NCBI GenBank assembly: GCA_019429405.1
Contig: JAHYIZ010000001.1
Location: 44,035 to 108,034, forward strand
Origin: Paracoccaceae bacterium
Lineage (GTDB): Bacteria > Pseudomonadota > Alphaproteobacteria > Rhodobacterales > Rhodobacteraceae
Direction: 5' to 3'
DNA: 64,000 nt
Positions 9,503 through 19,870 of the stretch are shown here, in pieces. Under the pieces are notes generated by a model. It did not search any database. It was not told where the DNA came from and saw only the letters and a list, made by a program, of their open reading frames with translations. Each line of letters begins with the position of its first letter. Position 1 is the stretch's first letter. Both the position numbers and the translations under genes were made by a program.

Positions 9503-10903
9503 ATGACAGATTCCACCGAAACCCAGTCTAACGCCATGTGGGGCGGGCGTTTCAGCGCCGGGCCAGATGCGATCATGCAGGCCATCAACGCCTCGATCAC
9601 CTTCGACAAACGCCTTTATGCGCAAGATATTCAGGGCAGCCGCGCGCACGCCGCCATGCTTGCCGCGCAAGGCATCATCAGCAAAAGCGATGCCGAGGCG
9701 ATCGGCGCCGGGCTGTTGGCGGTGCTGGCCGAGATCGAGGCGGGGGCGTTTCCGTTTCGGGTGGCGCTGGAAGACATTCACATGAACGTCGAGGCGCGGC
9801 TGAAAGAGCTGATTGGCGAGCCTGCCGGGCGGCTGCACACGGCGCGCTCGCGCAACGATCAGGTCGCAACCGATTTTCGGCTTTGGGTGCGCGATCAGTG
9901 CGATGCCGCGATTTCGGGGCTTGAGGCGCTGATCCGCGCGGCTCTGGCGCAGGCCGAAGCGGGCGCCGAATGGGTGATGCCGGGCTTCACGCATCTGCAA
10001 ACCGCGCAGCCAGTGACATGGGGCCACCACATGCTGGCCTATGTCGAGATGCTGGCGCGCGACCGGGGCCGGTTCACCGATGCCCGCGCGCGCATGAACG
10101 AATGCCCCTTGGGGGCGGCGGCGTTGGCCGGAACCTCGTTCCCGATCGACCGCCACGCAACCGCCGCGGCGCTGGGGTTTGACCGGCCGATGGCCAACAG
10201 CCTCGATGCCGTCTCTGATCGCGATTTCGCGCTGGAGTTTCTGGCGGCGGCATCAATCTGTGCCACCCACCTCAGCCGCCTTGCCGAAGAGCTGGTGATC
10301 TGGTCGTCGGCGCAGTTCCGCTTTGTGGCGCTCAGCGACCGCTGGTCTACCGGCTCTTCGATCATGCCGCAGAAGCGCAACCCCGATGCGGCCGAGCTGA
10401 TTCGCGCCAAGATCGGGCGCATTCTGGGGGCGACTGTGGCGCTTTTTACGGTGATGAAGGGGCTGCCGCTCGCCTATTCCAAGGACATGCAGGAAGACAA
10501 GGAACAGGTCTTTGACGCCGCCGACACGCTGATGCTGGCATTGGCAGCGATGGAGGGCATGCTGCGCGACCTCACGGTGAACCGGGCCAATCTGGAGGGC
10601 GCCGCGGCAAGCGGGTTTTCCACTGCCACCGATCTGGCCGATTGGCTGGTGCGCGAGGCGGGCTTGCCCTTCCGCGAGGCGCACCATGTGACCGGCTCGC
10701 TGGTGGCGGTGGCCGAGGCGCGCGGCTGCGATTTGCCCGAGCTTTCGCTTGCCGACATGCAGGCGGTGCACCCGGCAATCACCGATGGGGTGTTCGCGGT
10801 GCTCGGGGTGCACAACTCGGTTGCCTCGCGGGTCAGCTATGGTGGCACCGCGCCTGCGCAGGTGCGCGCGCAAGTCGCGCGCTGGAAAGAGGTGTTGGGA
10901 TGA
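9503..10903 (+). CDS. argH: argininosuccinate lyase
   Basis: 466 aa with MWGGRFS at the N-terminus and the fumarate-lyase signature [12 protein letters not shown]. Confidence 0.95.
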   Translation: MTDSTETQSNAMWGGRFSAGPDAIMQAINASITFDKRLYAQDIQGSRAHAAMLAAQGIISKSDAEAIGAGLLAVLAEIEAGAFPFRVALEDIHMNVEARLKELIGEPAGRLHTARSRNDQVATDFRLWVRDQCDAAISGLEALIRAALAQAEAGAEWVMPGFTHLQTAQPVTWGHHMLAYVEMLARDRGRFTDARARMNECPLGAAALAGTSFPIDRHATAAALGFDRPMANSLDAVSDRDFALEFLAAASICATHLSRLAEELVIWSSAQFRFVALSDRWSTGSSIMPQKRNPDAAELIRAKIGRILGATVALFTVMKGLPLAYSKDMQEDKEQVFDAADTLMLALAAMEGMLRDLTVNRANLEGAAASGFSTATDLADWLVREAGLPFREAHHVTGSLVAVAEARGCDLPELSLADMQAVHPAITDGVFAVLGVHNSVASRVSYGGTAPAQVRAQVARWKEVLG

Positions 10904-11052
10904 TTCGCGCTGCGGGATTGCTTGCGATCATGCTGGGCGGATGCACTGACCCGGCGCTGAGCGCGTGCATCACGGCCGACGATGCCGGGGTGCGGGTGCA
11001 ACCGGTGCTGACCGGCCAGTTCGGCGGGCTGACGGTGGGGGTGGCGCCATGA
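10900..11052 (+). CDS. small lipoprotein
   Basis: 50 aa. ATGA overlap with the argH stop. Lipobox AIMLGGC. Confidence 0.5.
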   Translation: MIRAAGLLAIMLGGCTDPALSACITADDAGVRVQPVLTGQFGGLTVGVAP

Positions 11053-11177
11053 TCCGGCTTGCGCTGTTGCTTGCTCTTTCTCTGCCGCTTGTCGCCTGCG
11101 GCGTCGCTGGTGCGCCGACGGCGCCTGGTGCCGCGGTGACGCTGCCTGCCGGGGTCGGCCCGGATTTCGGGCGCTGA
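11049..11177 (+). CDS. small lipoprotein (LptM/YifL-like position upstream of lysA)
   Basis: 42 aa. ATGA overlap with the preceding mini-ORF. Lipobox LPLVAC. Confidence 0.5.
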   Translation: MIRLALLLALSLPLVACGVAGAPTAPGAAVTLPAGVGPDFGR

Positions 11178-11254
11178 TCTTTCATGCTGAACGGAGTGCA
11201 CATGCCGCGCCTTGCCCCTTACTGCCCCGTCTTACTTCTGTGCCGGAGAGGGTG

Positions 11255-12520
11255 ATGGACCATTTTCTGTACCACAACGGCGTGCTGCATGCCGAAAGCG
11301 TGCCGATACCTGAAATTGCAGCAGCGGTTGGCACGCCCTTTTACGTTTATTCCACCGCCACTCTGGTGCGCCATTACGGGCTTTTAGCCGAGGCGCTGGC
11401 AAGCATGCCGCATCTGATCTGCTTTGCGGTCAAGGCCAATGGCAACCTGGCGGTGCTGAAGGTGCTGGGCGATCTCGGGGCGGGCATGGATGTGGTGTCG
11501 GGCGGCGAATACCTGCGTGCCCGCGCCGCTGGCGTGCCCAGCAGCCGGATTGTGTTTTCGGGCGTCGGCAAGACGCGCAGTGAATTGCGGCTGGCGCTGG
11601 AAGGCGGCATCCGTCAGTTCAACGTGGAAAGCGAGCCAGAGTTGCGCGCGCTGTCGGAAATTGCGGCGTCCATGGGCCTGCGGGCGCCGGTGGCGCTGCG
11701 GGTCAACCCCGATGTCGATGCCAAGACGCATGAAAAGATTGCCACTGGCAAATCAGAAAACAAGTTCGGCATTCCGATTGCGCGGGCACGCGCGGTTTAT
11801 GCCGAGGCGGCGGCGCTGCCCGGCATCGAGGTGGTTGGGGTCGATGTGCACATCGGCAGCCAGTTGACAGACATTGCGCCGTTCCGGCAAGCTTTTGAAA
11901 AGGTGGCAGAGCTGACCCGCGCCTTGCGCGCCGATGGCCACACCATCAGCCGCCTTGATCTGGGCGGCGGCCTGGGCATTCCCTACGCCCGGTCGAACGA
12001 GGCGCCGCCCTTACCGCATGACTATGGGCAGGTGATCCGCGAATCCGTGGGCAGCCTTGGCTGCGAGATCGAGATTGAGCCGGGGCGGTTCATTGCGGGC
12101 AATGCCGGGGTGCTGGTGGCCTCGGTGATCTGGCTGAAAGAGGGTGAGGGGCGGCGGTTCCTCGTCGTCGATGCCGCGATGAACGACCTTGCGCGACCCT
12201 CGATGTATGGTGCGCACCACGACATCGTGCCGGTGTTTGAGGCGGCACCGGGGCTGGAGCATGGGCTTTATGATGTGGTTGGCCCTGTCTGCGAAACCGG
12301 CGACACTTTTGCCAAGGCCCGCGCCCTGCCTGAAATGGGCGAGGGCGATTTGCTCGCATTCCGGTCGGCGGGCGCCTATGGCGCGGTGATGGCGTCGGAA
12401 TATAATGCTCGGCCCTTGGTGCCAGAGGTGCTGGTGCAGGGGGATCACTTCGCTGTCATCCGGGCGCGGCCGAGCTATGACGAAATGCTTGGCCGCGATA
12501 CTATTCCCGCGTGGCTTTAG
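11255..12520 (+). CDS. lysA: diaminopimelate decarboxylase
   Basis: GGAGAGGG precedes the ATG at 11255. 421 aa with the PLP-fold motifs FAVKAN, GGGLGI and EPGR. Confidence 0.93.
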   Translation: MDHFLYHNGVLHAESVPIPEIAAAVGTPFYVYSTATLVRHYGLLAEALASMPHLICFAVKANGNLAVLKVLGDLGAGMDVVSGGEYLRARAAGVPSSRIVFSGVGKTRSELRLALEGGIRQFNVESEPELRALSEIAASMGLRAPVALRVNPDVDAKTHEKIATGKSENKFGIPIARARAVYAEAAALPGIEVVGVDVHIGSQLTDIAPFRQAFEKVAELTRALRADGHTISRLDLGGGLGIPYARSNEAPPLPHDYGQVIRESVGSLGCEIEIEPGRFIAGNAGVLVASVIWLKEGEGRRFLVVDAAMNDLARPSMYGAHHDIVPVFEAAPGLEHGLYDVVGPVCETGDTFAKARALPEMGEGDLLAFRSAGAYGAVMASEYNARPLVPEVLVQGDHFAVIRARPSYDEMLGRDTIPAWL

Positions 12521-12547
12521 GGCGGGCGCGACCCGCCGGGGAGAAGC

Positions 12548-15100
12548 ATGAAAACGACCCGCGGCCCGGTTGAAACGGCTCTGCGGCGGCTGCGGGTGCC
12601 GCTGGCGCTGACGTGGGCGGGCTTGGCGCTGGAGCGCGCGCTACGGGCGTTTTGGCCACTTCTGTCTTTGATAGCAGTCGTTTACGCGGCGCTTGCATTT
12701 GGCGCAGCGGGCGCGATGGCGGTGGGCGCCGTGCAGGTGGCGGGCGCGCTTGCGCTTGTTGCGGGGCTTGCGGCGCTCGGGTTCGGCATCTGGCGATTCC
12801 GTGCGCCCGCGCGCGCCGAGGCGGCAGCGCGGCTTGACGCCGCGCTGCCGGGGCGCCCGATTGCGGCGCTGCATGACAAGATGGCCCTGGGCGGTGTCGC
12901 GGCAGAGCCACTTTGGGCGGCGCATCGCGCGCGGATGGCGGCGGCGGCAGCGCAGGCGCAGGCCGTGCCGCCGCAACCGGCGCTGGCGCCGCGCGACCCC
13001 TTCGGGCTGCGGCTCGCGGCACTGGTGGCGTTGGGCATGGCGCTGGTATTTGCGCCGCCGCCCCGGCTGGCGGACCTCGCGCCGGCCCTGCCCGGCGGGC
13101 AGGGTGGCGCTGCACTGGCGGCGGTCGGGCCAAGCTGGGAAGGCTGGGCAACCCCGCCGCGCTACACCGGTCGCCCGGCGCTTTACCTCAATGCGCTTGA
13201 AGGTGAGGCACTGGTTCTGCCCGAGGGAACACGCCTGACGCTCCGCCTTTACGGCGCGCCTGACGAGTTGCGGATTGTGCAGGATGTGGGCGATCTGGCC
13301 CCCGTTGCCGTGGCCGAGGCGACGGGCGCCATGCGGGCGGTCGAGTGGGCCGCGACGCGCAGCGGCCAACTGACGATAGAGGGGCAAGGTGGCCGCGCCT
13401 TTGTGCTGACCGTGCAGCCGGACGCGGCGCCATCGGTGGAGCCGCTGGTGGCCGCGACCCGCCGCGCCGACGGCAAGCTGTCGCAGCCCTACCACGCGAG
13501 CGACGATTTTGGCGTGGTGCGCGGGCAGGCGAGGATCGAGCTTGATCTGGCAGAGGTTGACCGGCGCTTTGGTCTGGCGCCCGAGCCCGAGCCGCGACAG
13601 CCGGTGGTGTTTGATCTGCCGCTGCCAATTACCGGCGGCCGCACGGATTTCAACGCCGTTCTGGTTGAGGATGCGGCGCGCCACCCGTTCGCCAACCTGC
13701 CGGTGCGGATGACGCTTTCGGTCGAGGATGCGCGCGGGCAGGTGGGCACGGCGCCGCCTCTGGTGATGGAATTGCCGGGTCGGCGGTTCTTTGACCCGCT
13801 GGCCGCAGCGTTGATCGAAATGCGGCGCGACCTGCTCTGGTCGCGGCAAAACGCGGCGCGGGTGGCGCAGGTGCTCAAGGCTGTCAGCTATGCCCCCGAA
13901 GACGCGGCACCCAACGCCCGCATCTACCTGCCGCTCAGGCTGGTGATCGGGCAGCTTGACGGCGCGTTGGCGCAGGGGTCGCTTGCGACCGAGTTGCGTG
14001 ACGAGTTGGCCGAGGCGTTGTGGCAGATGGCCGAGACGCTTGAGGATGGCGGGCTGGCCGATGCACTGGCCGCCATGCAGCGCGCGCAGGAAAGGCTTTC
14101 CGAAGCGATGCGCAACGGGGCCTCGCCTGACGAGATTGCCCGGCTTATGGCCGAGTTGAAAGACGCGACCGACAGATACATCGCCATGCTGGCCGAGCGC
14201 GGCGCGCAAGATCCGCAAAGTGAGTTCGCGCAGAATAATCAGGGCCAGCAGATTACCGGCGACCAGATTCAGCAGCTGATGGACGAGATCCAGCGGCTGA
14301 TGGAAGAGGGCCGGATGGCCGAGGCGCAGGAGCTGCTCGACCAGCTTTCGCGGCTGATGGAAAACCTGCGGGTCACGCAAGGTCAGGGCGGCGACGGCAT
14401 GACCCCTGGTCAGCAGTCGATGCAGGATCTGAGCGAATCGCTGCGCAATCAGCGGCAGCTTTCCGATGAGCTTTTCGGGCAAATGCAGCAGCCGGGTCGG
14501 CCCGGCCAGGGTCAGCAGGGCGAAGGCGAGCAAGGCAGCGAGCCGGGCCAGCAGCCGGGGCAACCGGGCCAGGGCCAGGGCGCGCCGGGCCGTGGCCCCA
14601 GCGGCGACGGCCTGCCTGATCGCCAACGGGCGCTGCGCCAGCAACTTGAGTATCAACAGCAGATGTTGCCGGGCGACGGCACCGCCGAGGGGGAATCGGT
14701 GCAACAGTTGCTCGATCAGGCCGGGCGCGCGATGGACGAGGCCGAGCGCGCCCTGCGCGAGGGCGACAATCCGCTTGCGCTTGATCGGCAGGCCGAGGCG
14801 ATCGAGGCGCTGCGCGAGGGGATGCGCGCCTTGGGCGACATGCTGGCGCAGGATGGGCAGAACGAACAGCGCCAGCCCGGCCAACGGCCCGGCGACGTGG
14901 CGCGGCTTTTGCCGCGCGATCCGCTAGGGCGCCAGGCGGGCGACGGCGGCCTGGTAGGAACCGATGAAACCATGCTGCGCGGTGAAGATGTGTATCGGCG
15001 CGCGCGCGACCTGCTCGACGAAATTCGCAGGCGTAGCGGCGAGCGGCTGCGCCCGGCGCCCGAGCTCGACTATCTGCAACGGTTGCTGGATCTGTTCTGA
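12548..15100 (+). CDS. TIGR02302/DUF4175-like large membrane-anchored protein
   Basis: 850 aa with N-terminal TM helices, a long helical region and a Q/G/P-rich low-complexity tract. Its position after lysA is typical of alphaproteobacteria. Confidence 0.6.
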   Translation: MKTTRGPVETALRRLRVPLALTWAGLALERALRAFWPLLSLIAVVYAALAFGAAGAMAVGAVQVAGALALVAGLAALGFGIWRFRAPARAEAAARLDAALPGRPIAALHDKMALGGVAAEPLWAAHRARMAAAAAQAQAVPPQPALAPRDPFGLRLAALVALGMALVFAPPPRLADLAPALPGGQGGAALAAVGPSWEGWATPPRYTGRPALYLNALEGEALVLPEGTRLTLRLYGAPDELRIVQDVGDLAPVAVAEATGAMRAVEWAATRSGQLTIEGQGGRAFVLTVQPDAAPSVEPLVAATRRADGKLSQPYHASDDFGVVRGQARIELDLAEVDRRFGLAPEPEPRQPVVFDLPLPITGGRTDFNAVLVEDAARHPFANLPVRMTLSVEDARGQVGTAPPLVMELPGRRFFDPLAAALIEMRRDLLWSRQNAARVAQVLKAVSYAPEDAAPNARIYLPLRLVIGQLDGALAQGSLATELRDELAEALWQMAETLEDGGLADALAAMQRAQERLSEAMRNGASPDEIARLMAELKDATDRYIAMLAERGAQDPQSEFAQNNQGQQITGDQIQQLMDEIQRLMEEGRMAEAQELLDQLSRLMENLRVTQGQGGDGMTPGQQSMQDLSESLRNQRQLSDELFGQMQQPGRPGQGQQGEGEQGSEPGQQPGQPGQGQGAPGRGPSGDGLPDRQRALRQQLEYQQQMLPGDGTAEGESVQQLLDQAGRAMDEAERALREGDNPLALDRQAEAIEALREGMRALGDMLAQDGQNEQRQPGQRPGDVARLLPRDPLGRQAGDGGLVGTDETMLRGEDVYRRARDLLDEIRRRSGERLRPAPELDYLQRLLDLF

Positions 15101-15109
15101 GGCGCGGCC

Positions 15110-15979
15110 TTAGCTGTCGGCCTGCAACCTTTCGGTTACCGCGCGCATCTGCTGGTCGAGCCAGACGCGGCCCGCATCCACCCATGCGACATATTGCGAA
15201 AGCGCCGGCTCCAGCGTGGGCAGGCGCGACGATATCGACGGGGCAAAAGCGTAAAGCGCTACAGCGACCGCCGCGAGAAGAACCACCGACATGAAGCCCA
15301 AGCGGAACCCCGCACGCTTGCGTGCCCGCGATTCGGGTGCGTCGCGTGACGCGGGGGCGCTGCCACGTTCCGAGGTGGCGCGCAGGGTCGAATTGATGAC
15401 CTCGATATCAGGAAGCCGGTCGCGCCGCGCGCCATTGGCGGGTTCGGCATCGGTCGTGTCAGGCCGCAGGCGGGCACTGGTCTCGGTCGCCGGGGCTTCG
15501 GGCGGCGGCGCAACGGCGGCGGCACGGGCTGCAAGTGCGGCGGGTATTTGTTCCAGCCCGAGGTCTGGCTGGGTTTCGAGCCCGCGGCCTTCGGCGCGGC
15601 GCGCCCGTGCCTCGCGCTCGGCTTCCTCGCGCAGGATAGTCAGCAGGTTTTCGTCGAGCATGCGCCGGGTGGCGTCGGATTCGAACGGTTCGCCGTCATC
15701 GTCGGCCAGATCCTCAAGGTTGATCGGCACGGCATCAGATGGCGCATCGGGGGGGTGCCGGTGTGGCTCTGCCGCGACTTGCGGCAGCGCATCACCCCAT
15801 TCCTCTGCGCTGGGAAGGCTGTCCAGTGTTTCGGCCGCAGTGCTTTCGGGCACGAAATCAGCGCCTGGCTGAAACCAGATGTGACCGCAAGAGGAACATT
15901 GAACATCGCGCCCGCCACCCGGAATGACGCTGTCATCCACCTCGTATTGCGCGTCGCAGTTCGGGCAAATCAGCCGCAT
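15110..15979 (-). CDS. MJ0042-type zinc-ribbon protein with C-terminal TM anchor
   Basis: ORF 15110..16111 trimmed to MRLICPNCDAQYEV...CSSCGH (CxxC...CxxC). It has an acidic/Ala-Pro-rich linker and one TM helix near the C-terminus. Confidence 0.7.
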   Translation of the reverse strand: MRLICPNCDAQYEVDDSVIPGGGRDVQCSSCGHIWFQPGADFVPESTAAETLDSLPSAEEWGDALPQVAAEPHRHPPDAPSDAVPINLEDLADDDGEPFESDATRRMLDENLLTILREEAEREARARRAEGRGLETQPDLGLEQIPAALAARAAAVAPPPEAPATETSARLRPDTTDAEPANGARRDRLPDIEVINSTLRATSERGSAPASRDAPESRARKRAGFRLGFMSVVLLAAVAVALYAFAPSISSRLPTLEPALSQYVAWVDAGRVWLDQQMRAVTERLQADS

Positions 15980-16093
15980 TTTACACCACGTCCACCCAAG
16001 CCACTGCCATTCTGGCGTTTGCTTCACACATGTTGTAGCAAGCGCTGAACTGATATCCAAGCCTTTGTGGCACTTTGAGCGTGAGGTGCGGCA

Positions 16094-16798
16094 ATGGGCC
16101 AAGGTCGGCAAGGGCGGGGCGCGCGCGTGATCGAGTTGCAGTCGGTAGCGATGACCTATGGCGGCGGCGAATTATTCGCCGACGTTTCGCTGAAGCTTGC
16201 GCCGGGATCTTTCCAGTTTCTGACCGGGCCTTCGGGGGCGGGCAAGACCACATTACTAAAACTGTGTTATGGTGAATTGGTGCCCACGTCCGGGCAAGTG
16301 CATCTGTTCGGGCAGGAAGTGCGCGACATGCGCCGCAACGATACCGCGCGCATGCGCCGCCGGGTCGGTGTGGTGCACCAGGATTGCAGCTTTCTCGATC
16401 ACCTGCCGCTGGCAGAAAACGTAGCTCTGCCGCTAACGGTGGCCGGGCGCGCCGCTGATGCGTCGGAACTTGCAGAGCTGCTCGCATGGGTGGGCCTTGC
16501 GCCGCATGCGCAGGCGCTGCCGCCGCAGCTTTCGGGGGGCGAAAGGCAGCGCGCAGCACTTGCCCGCGCCGTCATCATGGCGCCCGATGTGATCTTGGCG
16601 GATGAGCCGACGGGCAACGTTGATTGGGAAATGTCGCTGCGGTTGCTGACGCTGTTGGTCGAGTTGAACCGGATGGGCAAGGCGGTGCTGATTGCGACGC
16701 ATGATCTGAACCTGATCCGGGCGGCAAAGTCGCAGGTTTCGGCGCGTGTCCTGCGGTTCCAGAACAAACGTCTGCAGGTTGCGGGGGCCGAGCTGTGA
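16094..16798 (+). CDS. ftsE: cell-division ABC ATP-binding protein FtsE
   Basis: Walker A GPSGAGKTT, signature LSGGERQ, Walker B ILADEPTG. GAGG lies 7 nt before the ATG; an alternative GTG start is at 16127. Confidence 0.85.
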   Translation: MGQGRQGRGARVIELQSVAMTYGGGELFADVSLKLAPGSFQFLTGPSGAGKTTLLKLCYGELVPTSGQVHLFGQEVRDMRRNDTARMRRRVGVVHQDCSFLDHLPLAENVALPLTVAGRAADASELAELLAWVGLAPHAQALPPQLSGGERQRAALARAVIMAPDVILADEPTGNVDWEMSLRLLTLLVELNRMGKAVLIATHDLNLIRAAKSQVSARVLRFQNKRLQVAGAEL

Positions 16799-17691
16799 TC
16801 GCGCGGCGCGACCGCACACGGCAGGCTGTGCCTGCCGCCGCGCGCGTGGTGCCGCCTTCGGGCTTTACCGCGCGTCTGACGCTGTTCAGCGCGGCGGCGA
16901 TGGCGTTTCTGGCGGTATTCGCGCTTGCGCTGTCGATGGCGACAGGGCGAATCGCCGACCGCTGGAGCGATGAACTGGCGCGCACGGCGACGGTGCGCAT
17001 TTCGGCGCCTGCGGTGCAGATGGCCGCGCAGACCGCTGCAGTGTTGGCGGTGCTTGCCGCAACGCCCGGCGTCGCGTCGGCGCGGGCGCTGAGCGCGGAT
17101 GAAATGCAGCTGTTGCTCGGGCCCTGGTTCGGGCCGGATTTGCCGCTTGCCAGTTTGCCGTTGCCGCAACTGGTCGAAGTGGTCGAGGCGCCTGCCGGGA
17201 TTGATGCCGAGGGCCTGCGGCTGCGCCTTGCCGCCGAAGCGCCCGGCGCGGTGCTTGACGATCATGCGCGCTGGCGCCGCCCGCTGGTTGAGGCCGCGGC
17301 GCGGTTGCGGATTCTGGCGATGGTTTCGCTGGCGCTGATCGCGGTGACCACCGCGGCAATGATCGTGTTGGCGGCACAGGCGGCCTTGGCGGCCAACGTT
17401 CAGGTGATCCGCGTGCTGCGACTGGTCGGCGCCCGCGATCAGTTCATCGCGCGCGCTTTCGTGCGCCGCTTCACGCTGCGCGCGCTCGTTGGGGCGGTAG
17501 CCGGGGTCGCCACGGGGCTGGTTGCGCTTGCGTTTTTGCCCGCAGCGAAGGCCGCCGACAATTTGATGGCGGAGTTCGGCTTTTCTGGCGCAGAATGGCT
17601 TGCGCCGTTGGCGATACCGCTGCTGGCCGGACTGGTCGCGTGGGGGGCCACGCGCGCCGCCGCTTTGGCAATGCTCAGGGGAATTCGATGA
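16795..17691 (+). CDS. ftsX: FtsX-like permease
   Basis: 298 aa. GTGA overlap with ftsE. One TM helix, a periplasmic loop, then three C-terminal TM helices. Confidence 0.8.
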   Translation: MIARRDRTRQAVPAAARVVPPSGFTARLTLFSAAAMAFLAVFALALSMATGRIADRWSDELARTATVRISAPAVQMAAQTAAVLAVLAATPGVASARALSADEMQLLLGPWFGPDLPLASLPLPQLVEVVEAPAGIDAEGLRLRLAAEAPGAVLDDHARWRRPLVEAAARLRILAMVSLALIAVTTAAMIVLAAQAALAANVQVIRVLRLVGARDQFIARAFVRRFTLRALVGAVAGVATGLVALAFLPAAKAADNLMAEFGFSGAEWLAPLAIPLLAGLVAWGATRAAALAMLRGIR

Positions 17692-18428
17692 AACACGCGG
17701 TGCAATTGGGCCGTTCGATCTTTTTCGTGTGCCAGATGTATCTGGCCTTGGCACTGGTCGCGACGCTTGGCTTGCCCTACGCCCTGATCGGCGGCCGGCG
17801 GGCGACCTACAAGGTCATCCATTTCTATTGCCGTTGGGTCATGGTCAGCGCCGGTGTGCTGGTCGGGCTGCGCTGCGAAGTGCGCGGCACACCGCCCGAA
17901 GGCGAGGTTCTGATTGCCGCCAAGCACCAGTCGTTCCTCGATATCCTGATGATTGTCAGCGCGCTGCCCAGCTTCAAGTTCATCATGAAGAAAGAGCTGC
18001 GCTTTGTGCCTTTCGTGGGCTGGTATGCCGCGTTGATCGGCTGCGTGCCGGTCGAGCGCGGCAAGCGCGGCCACGCGATCAAGGCGATGGTGGCGGGCGT
18101 GAAGGCGGGGCGCGAAGAGGGCGCGCCGCTGATCATCTTTTCGCAAGGCACACGGGTCGCGGCGGGGGCGCAAAAACCCTACAAGATCGGCACCGGGGTG
18201 CTCTATCAGGAACTGGGGCAGGGCTGCGTGCCGGTGGCGGTCAACGTGGGCGTGTTCTGGCCGCGCCGGTCATGGATGCGCAAACCGGGGCTGGCGGTGG
18301 TCGAGTTCCTGCCGATGATTCCGCCGGGGCTTGAGATCGGCGATTTCATGACGCGGATGGAAGCCGAGGTCGAAGGCGCATCAAACCGGCTAATGGCCGA
18401 AGCGGGGTTCACGGGCCACAGCGCCTGA
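17688..18428 (+). CDS. 1-acyl-sn-glycerol-3-phosphate acyltransferase family protein
   Basis: ATGA overlap with ftsX. Acyltransferase HX4D motif (KHQSFLD) and a FSQGTR block. Confidence 0.8.
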   Translation: MKHAVQLGRSIFFVCQMYLALALVATLGLPYALIGGRRATYKVIHFYCRWVMVSAGVLVGLRCEVRGTPPEGEVLIAAKHQSFLDILMIVSALPSFKFIMKKELRFVPFVGWYAALIGCVPVERGKRGHAIKAMVAGVKAGREEGAPLIIFSQGTRVAAGAQKPYKIGTGVLYQELGQGCVPVAVNVGVFWPRRSWMRKPGLAVVEFLPMIPPGLEIGDFMTRMEAEVEGASNRLMAEAGFTGHSA

Positions 18429-18444
18429 CGTTCACGCCTGAGGT

Positions 18445-18759
18445 TCAGGCGAGCTTCAGCGCCGCGATGCCCGCGATGATCAGCAAGATGCCGGTTACGC
18501 GCAGCGCCGTGACGGGTTCGTTGAACAGATAAACGGCTGCAATCGCTGTGCCGAGCGCGCCGATTCCGGTCCAGACCGCATAGGCGGTGCCGACCGGAAG
18601 CGAGCGCATCGCATTGGACAAGAGCACAAATGAAATTGCCGCAACAACCAGCGTCCAGACGCTAGGCCAAAGCCGCGTGAAGTTGTCGGAATATTTCAGG
18701 CCAAGCGCCCAGCCCACCTCGCAGACGCCCGCCAACATCAGCACGACCCAAGGGCTCAC
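18445..18759 (-). CDS. sugE: SMR-family transporter (SugE/Gdx-like)
   Basis: 104 aa with four TM helices and a conserved membrane Glu (GVCEVGWA). Confidence 0.8.
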   Translation of the reverse strand: MSPWVVLMLAGVCEVGWALGLKYSDNFTRLWPSVWTLVVAAISFVLLSNAMRSLPVGTAYAVWTGIGALGTAIAAVYLFNEPVTALRVTGILLIIAGIAALKLA

Positions 18760-19712
18760 GCGGCAAGCCCTTTGCCGCCCATGCCGAGGTATTTCTTGCG
18801 CCGGGCCTTTACGAGGTCGGTCTTCGTGCTGCGCAATTCGTCAAGCAGCAGTGCGATTTCGCTGCCCACGGCAGCAATCGCCGCCGCCGGGTCGCGCTGC
18901 GCCCCGCCCAAGGGTTCGGCTACGATGCGGTCGATCACCCCCAGTTTCAGCAAGTCTTGCGCGGTCAGGCGCAGTGCTTCGGCGGCCTCGCGCATTTTCT
19001 CGGCATCCTTCCAGAGGATCGAGGCGCAGCCTTCAGGCGAGATCACCGAATAGATCGAATGTTCCAGCATCGCCACCCGGTCGGCGGTGGCAAAGGCAAC
19101 GGCGCCGCCCGAGCCGCCCTCGCCGATCACCACCGAAATCAGCGGCACCTTAATTTCAAGGCATTTCATCGTGCTGCGGGCGATAGCTTCAGCCTGCCCG
19201 CGTTCTTCCGCGCCCTTGCCGGGGTAGGCACCGGGGGTGTCTATCAGGGTGATGACCGGCAGCCCGAACCGGTCGGCAAGCTCCATCAGCCGGATCGCCT
19301 TGCGGTAGCCCTCGGGGCGGGCCATGCCGAAATTGCGCTCGATGCGGCTTTTGGTGTCGTGCCCTTTTTCATGGCCGATCACGACCACGGGAATGTCGTT
19401 CAGGCGCGCGAGGCCGCCCATTACGGCATGGTCATCGGCAAAATTGCGGTCACCGGCAAGGGGTGTGTATTCTGTAAACAGCGCCTCGATGTAATTCATG
19501 CAATGCGGCCGGTCTGGGTGGCGCGCGACCTGGCATTTGCGCCACGGATCGAGGTTCTTGTAAAGGTCGCGCAGCATGTCAGCGGCTTTCTTGTCAAGCG
19601 CCGCCGCCTCTTTTTCGACATCCATGCCTTCGCTCTTGCGCGCCATCGCGCGCAATTCCTCGGCCTTGCCTTCGATCTCGGCCAAGGGCTTTTCGAACTC
19701 GAGATAGGTCAT
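18756..19712 (-). CDS. accA: acetyl-CoA carboxylase carboxyltransferase alpha subunit
   Basis: Starts [16 protein letters not shown], and contains the IDTPGAYPG motif. Confidence 0.93.
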   Translation of the reverse strand: MTYLEFEKPLAEIEGKAEELRAMARKSEGMDVEKEAAALDKKAADMLRDLYKNLDPWRKCQVARHPDRPHCMNYIEALFTEYTPLAGDRNFADDHAVMGGLARLNDIPVVVIGHEKGHDTKSRIERNFGMARPEGYRKAIRLMELADRFGLPVITLIDTPGAYPGKGAEERGQAEAIARSTMKCLEIKVPLISVVIGEGGSGGAVAFATADRVAMLEHSIYSVISPEGCASILWKDAEKMREAAEALRLTAQDLLKLGVIDRIVAEPLGGAQRDPAAAIAAVGSEIALLLDELRSTKTDLVKARRKKYLGMGGKGLAA

Positions 19713-19810
19713 GGTGCACCCCATTGCGAACCCCGACTATATGAAACGCCGGGGCGGCAAATGCAACGGGCCAGCGGCGCGCCAGAGATGCCAGCGCCCC
19801 GCCCCTTGCG

Positions 19811-19870
19811 GGCCGGGGCGCGGTTTCCCTCGTGCAGCGGGGCCTCCCCAGCCCCCGCCGCTCCGGGATA
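19811..19870 (+). repeat. GC-rich dispersed intergenic repeat, copy 1
   Basis: GGCCGGGGCG...CCCCAGCCCCCGCCGCTCCGGGATATCAG. It shares the GGCCGGGG head and the CCCCCG-x-GGGATAT tail with the copies at 44226-44283 and 57353-57410. It abuts the mcl1 stop. Confidence 0.55.

Noticed and set aside
12641-14884. 747-aa ORF on the minus strand, antisense to the TIGR02302-like gene
   Set aside because: The translation is dominated by Arg/Pro/Ala/Gly/Leu runs, typical of an off-frame open stretch in high-GC DNA. The plus-strand frame gives a coherent protein with TM helices and conserved-looking helical repeats.
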